This document shows positions 25,707-39,170 of a stretch of DNA of 64,000 nucleotides, piece by piece; the first letter of the stretch is position 1, and each line of letters begins with the position of its first letter. The stretch comes from Chiloscyllium plagiosum. Taxonomy: Eukaryota. The notes below the pieces were generated by a model that worked only from the letters and a program-made list of their open reading frames with translations, was not told the origin of the DNA and did no database searches. The position numbers and the translations under genes are program-made. The stretch lies in NCBI RefSeq assembly GCF_004010195.1, contig NC_057719.1:69960719-70024718 (forward strand), in the 5' to 3' direction.

Positions 25707-26325
25707 TGTTATGCACCAGACCAAACACCCTCAAAATATATTAAGACAATATGTGGTCCAGATCCTAAATTGTTCTTATTTTTAAGGTGAGAATAAGGCA
25801 TTGCATTCTAACTGCAAGTCGATTAGTCAAACTACTCGACTTTAAACAAAACACACTTTATTTTTACATTATAGTTAAAAACAGACAAAATAAAAATGAA
25901 CGAATTAACTGTAACTCTACCAAAATGCTGAACAAATAATACACATATTAACATATATTAACAACTACTAATTAACCGTTCCAATATAATAACATCCCAA
26001 AGCCAAATTCAGTAAAATTGATTATCTCAAATGCAATTCTAGCAGCAGGAAGAGAACCCCAGCTTTTAGCTGTAACAGAGAGAGAAATAAGAGCTTCCAT
26101 GGCCAGCTTCAAGATCCCAGCAACTGCAGAAAGCTAAAACTAAAAATCCTGGTTCTGTGGGACCCTGACCCCTACCGATTCACGTGGCTTTTATTGTTCA
26201 AACTTAAAAAAAGCCCAAAGCCTCATAAGCGGTTTATTTTATTTTGGTGTTTTGGCAGACCACTCAGCACCCCTGTCTCAATCTTCATAAAACCACTAGG
26301 ACAAAATACACCTCTTAAAGCCATA
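25707..26325. mobile_element. LTR-like insertion in the Gypsy copy 2 integrase region
   Basis: Starts TGTTATG; Gypsy sequence GAAGAC|CTCCACACAAGGTTAAA is interrupted relative to copy 1 (~5910); AT-rich, no ORF. Confidence 0.55.
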
Positions 26326-29294
26326 CTCCACACAAGGTTAAATGTGATCTTTCCAGATCTGGTCGGGTGGGTAAGGGTAAAATGCCAGATACAAGCCTCC
26401 ATCAAGTGAGACAGACAGTTTGATATAGAGTACGAAACTCGATGTAAGAATCACAGAAATGGCCCCGCGTGGGTAAGAGGCATGGTCAACGTGAGGTCAA
26501 GATCAGCAACAGATAAATTTCAGGTAGGTATGACGGCCCTGAACAAGCATGTAGAACATATGAAAACCATGAATTTGCAAATGGCAAGGGAGCAACACAT
26601 ACCCTGCCCCTTGAAAAGACTGCTAAATCATAATAGCCGGAGGATGCTAAACAGAAGCCTAGATGTTAGGCTGTGACCATTTGTAAACATGTGGAGAACT
26701 AATTCTCACCTCCATTTCATACCTGCATTCTGAGGCTCCAGGCTTTACTGATTCTGGACCTTAGGCATCATTTTAATATGACTACAGAAACTTGAAAAAC
26801 TGACTGATAATGGTTACCTCAAAGTGTGAGCTGTTCCTCACATTGCAATGAACCTCATCAGCATTTCCAGGGATTGGAGCAGGGAGTTGGACTTCAGTGT
26901 TAAGGTCCAAATCTGGGGGCCAGGAAATTAGGACTATTGACTATTCAGAGTTCAGGAGTGATGTTCAAGGTGGTGGCAGTTGGTATCAGCAGTGATAGGA
27001 AGATTGTTTAAATGTGTGGATGAATGCTTTTGTTAAGATTCTTACCTTCTTTATTGCAGATGATCCCGAGGACTGGGTTCCTCGATCAATGCCAGAGAGC
27101 AATTTTTGACAGCTGGCATTAAGCCAATTGCTTGGGCATGTAAAATGTCAAATACAAATTTCAATTTAGATGAAGGATATCTTTTATTTGGTCATACCCG
27201 GTTCAACAAGTCAAAAATCTACTATGTACGACATTTCATATTGAATCCTTAGTAAGTCAAGTATTGGAAAATTCATCGATTTCTAGGTTCAGCACTCAAA
27301 TTTAGATTAGATGCAATCTTAGTAGCTGTGGGTACCATGCATGCAATTCTACTGCCAACGTGGCATGCTCTGACTGGCAGTTGAGGGAGGTGTCTTGTAC
27401 TTGCTGGGTGTAAGCATAAAGGAATCTCTTTATTTGATAACATTGCAGTTATTCAGTCTGGCCTCATGTTCTTCTCCGATTCCTTGTCCAGTCTAAGAGA
27501 AAGACCCCTAACAAAGTCATGTGCGAGCAATCCCTTTCACTCGGTGATTCACAACATTTGGAGTTGCATGATACTTATTCCTTTCAGGTGAGGTCCTCCG
27601 AGTATTCCGGCATAAATGTTGCTCAAGTGTTGATGAAATCTTGACAGAGTTTTCCAAAAAAGAAAAATCTGCCATATGTTTCTGAGGTTCTTTTCATAGC
27701 CCCAACAGCAAAGAAAGAATACAAGGCGAGCATCCCTTTGTGTAGTATTTGAAATCAATGTCAAGCATCTGGATGTAGTTAGGAAAGGGTGTTAAGCAAA
27801 TTGCATACCATACCACCAACATGCTGTGAGCCTCACTATTAAGTACAATGCTAGCCGGGATTTTTCAGTGATAGCCAGCTACTTAACAAGCTTCTACACA
27901 ATCATTCCTTATGCTTTCTTCAACTCCTTTATCAAATGCAAAATGGGGGCGAATCTGGTGTTTAAACTCAAGGTCCCTCTTCATCACCTCCACCTCTCCA
28001 GCAGCTACATTCAGTACAAATCATTCCCTGAGTCATGACATACATGTCAGAATAATGCCAGATAGATGATTGTTATGCCTTTCCAATGTAAAATACTTTC
28101 TTTATCTTTTTATTGACAATTCCACAATGCAATAGAAAACATGGAAGATAACACTGAACAAATAGACTGCATTGCTATGAATGCAGTGTGAATACAAATG
28201 AAACGAGGCACTGCAGTATTTGTGCAGAAAGAGATGACCAACAGAAATGTCACAGCCTGGTCTATTGCAGGATGAGAATTCCCTGGATCAAAACCAACTA
28301 ATTACAAGCTAGCACAGCTCTTCCAAGCAGATCTGAAATCTGGGGATTTAATAAGACTAGTTTGCTCCTATTTATTTCACTTCATTCAGCTAATGATTGC
28401 TTGCAGTGCGTAGGCATCAGGTACTTTAGCTAGTCGTGGGTGCAGAACTTTTAAAGTCTACAGCCTAGATTATATGATCATGCAAATGCTCAGAGGACAT
28501 GCTCCTATTGAGATAAAATCCATTTTCCAGTGGTGCATTCTGAACGGGTTGATGATCTGTGTTCGAACGTACACTGTTCATTGTATTGTGTGAGAAGCTT
28601 TGCTACGCTTCACAAACTCAATTTTTACCAAGATCGCATTAATTTGAATTCAGCTTTGGAGCCTGTTTCCAAAAGATGTGTGTAATAAAAAAAAATTGTG
28701 GAAGAGCAACTTCCACGGTGTACTGCATTTTCAACGTTTGAAACAGTTGCACAGTATAGGGTTCACTGCACTAACTGACTGAAGAGCTCCGAGTCATCAT
28801 GCAACCTTTTAATTAAAACTATTTGAGGTAGGAAACTATCTAAATCAAAGACACAATGGCTTTAATCAGCAAAACTGAATCACCTCAGATATGTCGATTA
28901 GGTAATAGTGAAGGACAAATGAAGGATGTCACACTCTCAGACTACAGATTAAGCAGTTCTGGAAGGACAGGATTGACGCAAGAGTATTTATAGTTACTTT
29001 ATATAGACATGAATACGGAATCTGAACCAAAACCTTAGTGTGCTTCACAGACCCATATATACCATAACTCTCATTTAAAAGTCTTCTGTATAAATTCATT
29101 TAGTTTTGATTAATAAAGGCAAGTTAGAACATGAGTCAATTCTCATTGTTGGCTTTGGTGTTAGTATTTTTGAGCTATTGACTATTGGCTAGTCAGTGAC
29201 AAGCAACACATCATCAAGAATACTGATGTCTGCTGTTTCGATAAAAGTTACATTACCTTCATTTTGTCACTTTTTCTAAATCAAAGGAAAAGAG

Positions 29295-29520
29295 AAGATT
29301 TGCATTTAATTATAATCTTCCAAGACCACTGGGTGATTCAAAGAAATTCATAGCCAACAAAGTACTTTTGAAGTGTTGGTAAGGTTGGAAGTGTGGCAGC
29401 CAATTTACAAACAGAAAGCATCCACAAACAACCAACTGACAACGGCAAGATAATTTGTTCATTCAATGTCAATCAGGGGATAAAGTTTGGTCACAGTACC
29501 ATGGATAACTGCTGTGTTTT
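29295..29520 (-). mobile_element. Deu-domain SINE remnant
   Basis: AGTACTTTTGAAGTG...GGCAGCCAATTTACAAACAGAAAGCATCCACAAACA matches the rc of the Deu core. Confidence 0.55.
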
Positions 29521-29919
29521 CTTTTTGAAAATAAATGAATTAAGTGAGGGTAATGCAACCATCAGGATCCCTCTCAAAAATCCTGTCAGCATTTTGAAGC
29601 TTCAGATGTCTAGGAAAATCAGAAAGTACTTCTTAGAACATGGCTCCTTGTGATCATCGTCATATACGTTTAACATAGGGATGAGACAGAGAAGCAGGGC
29701 CCCTGTAGAACAAAATGAGCGAGAAGTAATAGTGAAACAATGAGAGGCTTCAGAGATGAGATGGCTAAAGAAGGGAAATTTCTATGAGAAGGAAAGAAAG
29801 GGCATCCTGCACTAGAGATGCCTGGTTGACTGAAGATACTGAAAGTAAAGTGAAACAGGTAAAGCAGAAGAATGGGGACCGAGTTTACCCGAGCACTGAA
29901 CACTATAGGTCACAGGGTC

Positions 29920-31510
29920 ATAGCATCGTAGAGATGTACAGCACAGAAACAGACCCTTTGGTCCAACTTGCCCATGCTGACCAGCTATCCTAAAACAGTG
30001 CCAGCCTATTCAGCCTCTCACTCTCACTCAAACCCTCCAACCCTGGCAATAGCCTTGCAAATCTTTTCTGAATCCTTTCAAGTTTCACAACATCTTTCCG
30101 ATAGGAAGGAGACCAGAATTGCACGCAATATTCCAACAATGGCCTAACCAATGACCTGTACAGCTACAACATGACTGTCCAACTCCTGTACTCAATATTC
30201 TGACCAATAAAGGAAAGAATACCAAACGCCTTCTTCACTACCCTATCTACCTGCAACTCCACTTTCAAGGAGCCATGAACCTGCACTCCAAGGTCTCTTT
30301 GTTCAGCAACACTCCCTAGGACCTTACCATTAAGTGTACAAGTCCTGCTAAGATTTGCTTTCCCAAAATGCAGTACCTCACATTTATCTAAATTAAACTC
30401 CATCTGCCACTTCTCAGCCCACTGGCCCATCTGATCAAGGTTCCATTGTACTCTGAGGTAACCTTCTTCGCTGTCCACAACACCTCCAATTTTGGTGTCA
30501 CCTGCAAACTTACTAACTGTACCTCTGATGTTCACACCCAAATCATTTACATAAATGACACAAAGCACCAATCGTTTTGGCACACCACTGGTCAAAAGCC
30601 TCCAGTCTGAAAAGCAACCCTCCACCACCACCCTCAGTCTTCTACCTTTGAGCCAGTTATGTATCCAAATGGCGAGTTCTCCCTGTATTCCATGTGATCT
30701 AACCATACTAACCAGTCTCCCATGGGGAACCTTATTGAATGCTTTATTGAAGTCCATATAGATCATGTCCATTACCCTGCCCTCAATCTTCATTACTTCT
30801 TCAAAAAACTCAATCAGGTTTGTGAGACATGATTTCCCGGCACAAAGCCATGCTGACTATCCCTAATCAGTCCACGCCTTTTCAAATACATGTAAATCCT
30901 GTCCTTCAGGATTCTCTTAACAACTTGCCACCACCGATGTCAGGCTCACTGGTCAATAGTTCCCTGGCTTTTTCTCACCTCCTTTCCGAAACAGTGGCAC
31001 CACGTTAGCCAACCTCCAGTCTTCTGGCACCTCACCTGTGACTATCGATGATACAACTATCTCAGCAAAGTGTTCAGCAATCACTTCCCTATCTTCCCAC
31101 AGAGTTAAAAAATACACCTCATCAGGTCCTAGGGATTTATCCACCTTTATGCATTTTAAGACAATCAACAACTCCTCCTCTGTAATATGGATATCTTTCA
31201 AGATGTCACCATCTACTTCCCCACATTCTATAACTTCCACGTCCTTCCCCACAGTAAATACTGACACAAAGTACTTGTTTAGTAACTCCCCCATCTCCTG
31301 TGGGTCCACACATAGGGTGCCTTGCTGATCTTTGAAGGGTCCTATTCTCTCCCTAGCTACCCTTTTGTCCTTAATATATTTATAAAATCCCTTTGAATTT
31401 TCCTTAACACCATTTGCCAAAGCTATCTCATATTCCCTTTTTGCCCTCCTGATTTCCCTCTGAACTATACTCCTCCTGCCTTATACTATTCTAAGGATTC
31501 ACTCGATCTC
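29920..31510 (-). mobile_element. HER1/CR1 LINE, 5'-truncated, internal deletion near 29995
   Basis: ORFs 30953-31420 (KGFYKYIK...VPEDWRLANVVPLFRKG) and 30164-30793 (YMDFNKAFNKVPH...SKFAGDTK...WQMEFNLDKCEVLHFG). Confidence 0.93.
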
Positions 31511-32902
31511 TGAGAAAGTTGGAAAAATTGTGCGTGATCAGCAGTGAGGGAATTCTTGATGACGAGAGCAAAAAGCCACATTTTCCAATCAAGCGTTGAA
31601 CTGCAAGATGAGATTCTCATGACTGGGCAGTGAGAGACTTTTTTTTGCATTGATTAGTATGCTTTACCACCTCATTATTAGTTAATCTTGCCTCATTTCC
31701 CAATCTCCCAACCAGCCAGAGAGAAATTAGGTGCTTTCAATTCTGGACACAAAGTCAGAGTGGGGACCTGATGATTCCAGCTCCTCTCTACGTTACACAA
31801 CCAGTCCCTAACATCTTAATGGCACAGATAGTGAGTGCTTGCCACCCTCCCTTCCCCCACTCTGTCAGTACTAAGGAGAGGCAACCTTTCACTCCAACAT
31901 TCAAGCCTCTATCAGCAAAGTGGGCCACTAATTTTCCTTTCCACTTCTATCTCTAGGGCAATTGGCAATAATTGTGTAAGGTGGCTCTTTATCGTTAAGG
32001 CTTCACCTGGTGCATGGCTGGGCTTTAAAGATGGTGCTGGTGCTTGGAATCAAGGGGTGCCAGCAGAAGCGATTACTTCCACTTGCATATCTGGCAAAGA
32101 GCGCACTACCATAGGAACAGGATATGTAGCTAATGAGGCAAGTTTGGAAAAATAGAATGAGAAATCTTACTGGGTCCCACAGAGAGAAACTTGCTGTGAA
32201 ACTTATCAAAGTTGACACTTCATTGATTCCTACTAAAACGCAGCCCACTGTCTTATGTAAACATCACTCCAAATACCTGAAATAAGTCAAGACCTTGGAG
32301 AGGATGTTGAAGAGATTCACGTTTAACTTCTTCTTTCATAGGATGTGGGCTTCACTGACAAGGCCAGAGTTAGTTGCTGATGCATGATTGTCCTTGAGAA
32401 GCCGGTGCTCAGCCAATTCTTTAACTGCTGCAGTAGCTCCACCCAGAGTGCTGTCAGAAGGGTAATTATAATCCAGCAACAGAGAAAGAATGGCGATATC
32501 ATTCCAAATCAGGATGGTTTGTGGTTTGGAGGGGAACTTATCGGATTCTGCATTAAACTGTGCATGTGCAGATTCCAAACATTGTCATCAGCTTTACAGG
32601 AGTAAAGGTGGTGAATTATGACATTTCCACTCTCACCACATTTGAAAAATCTGGGCCATCAGGACTTGTCAAGCAGAAGGTTCTCAAGGAAGGACTGGGA
32701 TCTGCAAGAGGACAGTTTACTTTTAATGAACTCGTTAGTACAAAGCATTGTTAATGGCTGCACATTTGCCCTGAGTCTGAATTCTGTGTGTTTCAGAGAC
32801 TTGCTGAAATAATTGAGGCTAACCTGTTGTACTAACAGAAATACCACCTTTCACATGAGAGATTAATTGAAGGTTTTCTGTCTGCTCGGGGAGACATAAA
32901 AG

Positions 32903-33187
32903 ATTAGATTACTTACAGTTATCCCTTCGGCCCAACAAGTCCACACCGACCCTCCGAAGAGCAACCCACCCAGATCCATTCCCCTACACCTAACACTATG
33001 GGAAATTTAGCATGGCCAATTCACCTAACCTACACATTTTTGACTGTGGGAGGAAACCGGAGGACACCCACACAGACACGGGGAGACTGTGCAAACTCCA
33101 CACAGACAGTTGCCTGAGGCGGGAATTGAACCCGGGTCTCTGGCGCTGTGAAGTAGCAGTGCTAACCACTGAGCCACCATACCGCCC
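32903..33187 (-). mobile_element. HE1-type V-SINE
   Basis: Reverse HE1 with GATTAGATT tail. Confidence 0.9.
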
Positions 33188-33487
33188 TTGGGGCTTTTCA
33201 GAAAGAGCAGGATCCAGATTCTGCTTAAAATTTGTACCTCGACTCCCACCTCCCCACAATGTCATTTATTTAATTTCTATATTAGAACAATGACTACAAT
33301 TTAAATGAATCTCACTTGTTGTGAAGCACTTTGGAAGCTTCTAAGTTGTGGAAAGGTGCTGACTTTCTATTTCTGGGCAAACACGTTGAAAGCAGGACCT
33401 GAAATGGAGGCACACGGTCATGTGTGACCACTTTCAGTTTTCTGACCATGAACCCCATCCTCAATTAAATTAACTCTTTTGTTAACA

Positions 33488-34495
33488 GGAGGCCTGTAAC
33501 CAGAGGAGTGCCACAAGGATCGGTGCTGGGTCCTCTACTTTTTGTCATTTACATAAATGATTTGGATGCGAGCATAAGAGGTACAGTTAGTAAGTTTGCA
33601 GATGGCACCAAAATTGGAGGTGTAGTGGACAGCGAAGAGGGTGACCTCAGATTACAACAGGATCTGGACCAGATGTGCCAAAGGGCTGAGAAGTGGCAGA
33701 TGGAGTCTAATTCAGATAAATGCGAGGTGCTGCATTTTCAAAAAGCAAATCTTAGCAGGACTTATACACTTAATGGTAAGGTCCTAGGGAGTTTTCTGAA
33801 CAAAGAGACTTTGGAATGCAGGTTCAAAGCTCCTTGAAAGTGGAGTTGCAGGTAGATAGGATAGTGAAGAAGGCATTTGGTATGCTTTCCTTTATTGGTC
33901 AGAGTATTGAGTACAGGAGTTGGGAGGTCATGTTGTAGCTGTACAGGGTAATGGTTAGGCCACTGTTGGAATATTGTATACAATTCTGGTCTCCTTCCTA
34001 TCGAAACATATTGTGAAACTTGAAAGGGTTCAGAAAAGAATTACAAGAATGTTGTCAGGGTTGGAGGATTTGAGCTGCAGGGAGAGGCTGAACAGGCTGG
34101 GGCTGTTTTCAATGGAGGGGTGACCTTATAGAGATTTACAAAATTATAAGGGGCATAGATAGGATAAATAGACAAAGCCTTTTCCCTGAGTGGGGGAGTC
34201 CAGAACTAGAGGGCAGAGGTTTAGGGTGAGAGAGACAAGATATAAAAGAGACCTACGGGGCAACTTTTTCACGCAGAGGATGGTACATGTATGGAATGAG
34301 CTGCCAGATGAAGTGGTGGAGGCTGGTACAATTGCAACATTTAAAAGGCATTTGGATGGGTATATGAATAGGAAGGGCTTGGAGGGATATGGGCCCAGTG
34401 CTGTCAGGTGGGATTAGATTGGGTTGGGATATCTGGTCGGCATGGACGGGTTGGACTGAATGGTTTGTTTCCATGCCGGACATCTCTATGACTTT
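33488..34495 (+). mobile_element. HER1/CR1 LINE 3' 1 kb
   Basis: ORF 33508-33837 ([18 protein letters not shown]...SKFADGTK); 3' UTR ending CTCTATGACT. Confidence 0.93.
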
Positions 34496-35149
34496 GCAAC
34501 ATTGCACATTGTGACACCAACCTCAAAGTTGCATGAGGTCAACCTAGCAATAAATATACAGTGCACTGGTCCTGTTGTGGTAGCTTCTGGACAATAAGAC
34601 TGTACTCTGATTTTGACCCCACATGTTTTATTGTAGGAACCTAAATAGGTTCCATAGTAAGACAGGGAAACTGGAAAACTTCTGCTACAAAAGCATGATT
34701 TTTAAAACTAAAATTTCAAGACTCCTTATTCTACAAAAAGGAAGAAAAATTGTGCTTATTTTAAATATTATTAATTGGGGGTTTACATTAACAATATACA
34801 GAATTAAAACAAGGCAGGGAAAATGCTGACAAAAGGGTACAATTTTGATCTGCAGTTCATACCTTTGGTTCAACAGAAATGTGGCTCCATAAACTGTTCA
34901 TACCTATAGCATTATTCCCAGAATTCTTATAATAGGATAATTTGGTACTTAACGCCAAAAATCTTTATTTTATAAATTACTGTCTATATTTAAAATGTAC
35001 ATAGTAAATGTTGAAAAATAGCTGCATGGCAGAACATGCTTAATTCAGTTGGTTGCTTTATTGATTTTAAAGAGTTTGACCAAGGTATTTCATATGCTTA
35101 TTAAAAAGCAGTAAATACATTTTATTCATGAATTCATCATTCCTACACC

Positions 35150-35795
35150 GGGTCCGAAGGTTGTAAGTTCAAATCATCACTTCAGAGACTGAAACACATA
35201 GCCTCAGCTGACATTTCACTGCAGCACTGAGGGAGTGCTGCACTATCTTTTGGATGAGGCACTAAAACAAAATCTGTTTTGTATTCTTGCAAGGATGAGA
35301 AAGTGTATGGTGCTGTGAAAGCACTGCAGGTCAGGCAGCATCTGAGGAGTAGCAGAATCAACGTTTCGAGCACAAGCCCTTCATCAGGAATGTACTGACG
35401 AAGGGCTTATGCCCAAAACATTGTTTCTCCTGTTCCTCAGATGATGCCTGACCTGCTGTGTTTTTCCAGCGCCACACTGTTTGACTCTAATCTCCAGGAT
35501 CTGCAGTCCTCACTTTCGCCTGAGGATGAGAAAGACCCCATGGAACGATCAGGGAGCAGACAAATTTTCCTGAATGGTACACAATTATTATCCAGCACAC
35601 AATGTTAATAAAACAAACGATCTGCTGATTAGCCCATTGCTGTTTGTGGAACCTTGCTATGTGCAAATGTGTTGCTGCATTTCCCTACTTTACAATAGTG
35701 AATATATGGCAAAGGAATGAATTGGCTGTAAAATGCTCTGAGACACCTGAACGCTGGTAAAGGCATGGTTTTCAATGCATGCTTTCCTTTTCTTT
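35150..35795 (+). mobile_element. Deu-domain SINE interrupted by a PLE
   Basis: GTTCAAATC B-box-like head; GCAGCACTGAGGGAGTGCTGCACT; TTGCTGTTTGTGGAACCTTGCTATGTGCAAAT Deu core. Confidence 0.7.
35304..35522. mobile_element. PLE family A fold-back insertion
   Basis: Inverted arms around ~35393; 12-bp TSD AGGATGAGAAAG at 35292-35303 and 35523-35534. Confidence 0.87.
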
Positions 35796-35835
35796 TAACT
35801 TGCAATTGTGTCTTGCTTACTTAACCGCATACCCC

Positions 35836-36147
35836 CCACACCATGAAGTCTTTCAGTAAATGATAGTCTGGATTTATATCTCCTGAAACTAGAAAGATGA
35901 TTTTAATTCTCCAAAACTTTATTTGGTAGTCATAGAGTCATAGTCATAGAGATGTACAGCATGGAAACAGACCCTTCGGTCCAAACTGTCCACACCATGA
36001 AGTCTTTCAGTAAATGATAGTCTGGATTTATACCCCCCATGAAACTAGAAAATGATTTTAATTCTCCAAAACTTTATTTGGTAGTCATAGAGTCATAGTC
36101 ATAGAGATGTACAGCATGGAAACAGACCCTTCGGTCCAAACTGTCCA
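35836..36147 (+). repeat. ~154-bp tandem duplication spanning a CR1 3' junction
   Basis: 35836-35989 versus 35990-36147, nearly identical. Confidence 0.9.
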
Positions 36148-37092
36148 TGCCGACCAGATATCCCAGCCCAATCTCGTCCCACCTGCCAGCACGCAGCCCA
36201 TATCTCTCCAAACCTTTCCTATTCATATACCCATCCAAATGCCTCTTAAATGCCCATAAAGAGGGAGAGTCCACCACTGTTACTGGCAGGGCATTCCATG
36301 AACTAACGACTCGCTGAGTGAAGAACCTACCCCTAACATCAGTCCTATATCTACCCCCCCTTAATTTAAAGCTATGCCCCCTTGTAATACCCGACTCAAT
36401 ACGCGGGAAAAGGTTCATACTGTCGACCCTATCTAACCCCCTAATCATCTTGTACACCTCAATCAAGTCACCCCTAAACCTTCTTTTCTCCAGTGAAAAC
36501 AGCCCCAAGTGCCTCAGTCTTCCCTCATACGATTTTCCTTCCATACCAGGCAACATCCTGGTAAACCTCCTCTGCACCCGTTCCAATGCCTCCACATCCT
36601 TCCTATAGTATGGCGACCAAAACTGCACACAATATTCCAGATGCGGCCGTACTTACTAACTGTACCTCTTATGCTCGCATCCAAATCATTTATGTAAATG
36701 ACAAAAAGTAGAGGACCCAGCACTGATCCTTGTGGCACTCCACTGGTCACAGGCCTCCAGTCTGAAAAACAACCCTCCACCACCACCTTTGAGCCAGTTC
36801 TGAATCCAAATGGCTAGTTCTCCCTGTATTCCATGAGATCTAACCTTGCTAATCAGTCTCCCATGGGGAACCTTGTCAAACGCCATACAGAAGTCCATAT
36901 AGATCACATTTACTGCTCTGCCCTCATCAATCTTCTTTGTTACTTCTTCACAAAACTCAATCAAGTTTGTGAGACATGATTTCCCACGCACAAAGCCATG
37001 ATGACTATCCCTAATCAGTCCTCGCCTTTCCAAATACATGTACATCATGTACCTCAGGATTTCCTCCAACAACTTGTCCACCACTGAGATCA
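36082..37092 (-). mobile_element. Mosaic CR1 LINE (HER1-type ends, different CR1 subfamily in 36250-36648)
   Basis: ORFs 36074-36628, 36514-36786 and 36686-37096 encode CR1 RT. Confidence 0.9.
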
Positions 37093-37907
37093 TCAAGAAT
37101 TAAATTGTTTATTTGATATTCTATCCACAGAAAAGATCATGATAACTCTCAGTATAAATAGAAAACCAAATGTAAAACCAAAATAAAAAACATATGTTCC
37201 GTAGAAAATGTAACTGTCTTCAAATTTGCATTATCTTCAAATTTACTTGGATTTGATTCAAATTGTTAAAATAATCCTATGCATTATTTCAGTTAAAGTG
37301 AATAGAATGAACTGATAAACAATAATCAAAGTAATAAACATTTGTTTATTATGCTTTGAAATATGACAAATTATCGAGTTGTAGGAAGTTTGTCTTTAAT
37401 GGTGCTTTTATTTTTTTTCCTCATAACAAAAGTTTTGTTTTAACTCTTGGGGCTTGTCAGAGCACTAATGTTTCTTCCAAGATATTGTTTCGCTTTGCAG
37501 TAATTGTTCACTGCATTTGCATCACACCTATCACCAAAATTTAATTAAACACAACTTGCTTTTCCACAGTTGAAATGAACTGTTTACTCCCATTTTTTCA
37601 CTGTTTACTTCAAATGATATAAATGACCCAAATATGATCGTAACATCAGTGTCTGGGGAGATACTAGAGGTCAAAAAATTTAACCCACAGAAGAAAACCA
37701 GCTCTCTCCATTGTAACAGGAGATTTTCTTTCTTCCACAACTAAATGGTTCCATTATAATGTTATTTAAACCTCATGCAGTGTTCCAACAACTCTCCCAT
37801 TCACACTAGAAGGAGTATGTTCTCTTTGTCACTAGGTATTGGATTTGTCTCTTGATGTTCACATTAGTCCGTAGGTAATTTTAAAGGATGAAACAGGATT
37901 AGATAAA

Positions 37908-38194
37908 GTTTACTGACTGAGATGACAACCATAGAAACAAGGCCGCTGAAAGTGCAGTTCCTTCTTGTATTTCAGACAATCAAACCCCTCTTTGTTTCAA
38001 CATTATCACTTCCTTCTTAGTGGATTGTGATTGAGCAAAATGAAAGCTTTGGTTTACTGACTGAGATGACAACCATAGAAACAAGGCCGCTGAAAGTGCA
38101 GTTCCTTCTTGTATTTCAGACAATCAAACCCCTCTTTGTTTCAACATTATCACTTCCTTCTTAGTGGATTGTAACTGAGCAAAATGAAAGCTTT
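37908..38194 (+). repeat. 143-bp tandem duplication in unique sequence
   Basis: 37908-38050 versus 38052-38194, differing only at GTGATTGAG/GTAACTGAG. Confidence 0.93.
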
Positions 38195-38662
38195 ACATGG
38201 TTCAGTTCATTTTCCTTAGAAATTTGATTTTCCGTTGGAAACTCATTCTTCCTTCAAATAAAACTAATTAAAATTCTCTAAAATTGAGTTAATAGCCATG
38301 ATGTTGATTACGGGTTCAGACCACAACATCAGTACCATTTTCAAATCCCACCACAGCCCAGAATTTAGAGCAAGGTCAACAGTTAATTGGCTGAAGGAGG
38401 GATTTGATAAACACATAAAACTTGTGAGTATGGGTGTAGGATTGAGGTGAGCTGCTGAAAGTATAGGATCCTACTTGAAGGCTAGATGGCAGCCATTTTT
38501 ATGGCAGGCACCTTGCTTATCAAAAATAGCCAAAGTCAACAGGAGGAGAGGTATAAACCTGGTACCCATGCCAAGGCGCCCTCCTGTTTTATTTCTGAGG
38601 TCATGGTGGAGGCAGCACGCGATATATCTTAATTCGGGAAACAAGGCTGACTGAAAATGGCA

Positions 38663-38804
38663 GGAGAAAGTGAGGTCTGCAGATGCTGGAGATCAGAGAT
38701 GGAAATGTGTTGCTGGAAAAGCGCAGCAGGTCAGGCAGCATCTAGGGAACAGGAGAATCGACGTTTCGGGCATTAGCCCTTCTTCAGGAATCTGGCAGGA
38801 TATC
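38663..38804 (-). mobile_element. PLE family A 3' fragment
   Basis: Duplication CTGAAAATGGCAGGA at 38651-38665 and 38805-38819; sequence near-identical to the 47161 copy. Confidence 0.88.
38756..38791 (-). ncRNA. Minimal hammerhead ribozyme motif, intact core (family A)
   Basis: ATTC CTGAAGA A GGGC-TAAT-GCCC GAAAC GTC GATT. Confidence 0.8.
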
Positions 38805-38822
38805 CTGAAAATGGCAGGATAT

Positions 38823-39170
38823 GGGGAGGTAAAGGCCTAGTGGTATTATTGCTGCAGTGTCAATCCACACACCTAGGTTAAGTTCTGTGGACCCAGGTTC
38901 GAATCCTGCTTTGGCAGATGGTGGACTTAAAATATCTGGAATTAAGGGTCTAATGATAACCATGAAACCATTGTCAATTGTTGGGAAAAGATCCACCTGA
39001 TTCATTAATGTCCTTAAGGGAAGGAAGCTGCCATCCTTACCTAGTCTGGCCTACATATGGCTCCAGACTCACAGCAATGTGGTTTCCTCTTAACTGTCCT
39101 CTGGGTACTGAGGGATGGGCAATAAATCCTGGCACAGCCAATGATGCCCTCATCCCATGCATAATGAATG
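38823..39170 (+). mobile_element. tRNA-headed SINE-like element
   Basis: A-box GGCCTAGTGG, B-box GGTTCGAATCC, tail GGGATGGGCAATAAATCCTGGC. Confidence 0.8.

Larger units (their letters stand above)
21364..26625 (+). mobile_element. Gypsy copy 2 (same family as 2333-6705), 3' LTR missing, three nested insertions
   Basis: 5' LTR 21364-21598 similar to copy 1 LTRs; PBS-like TGGTGACAAAAG; RNase H ORF 24420-24674 (CDASPYDIG...AYASRTL...YPQIEKEGLAIIFGVMKFHQYLHG); integrase fragments. Confidence 0.9.

Noticed and set aside
38823..38910. tRNA gene (A/B boxes; also HE1 heads)
   Set aside because: tRNA-derived SINE heads continuing into SINE bodies; no complete cloverleaf
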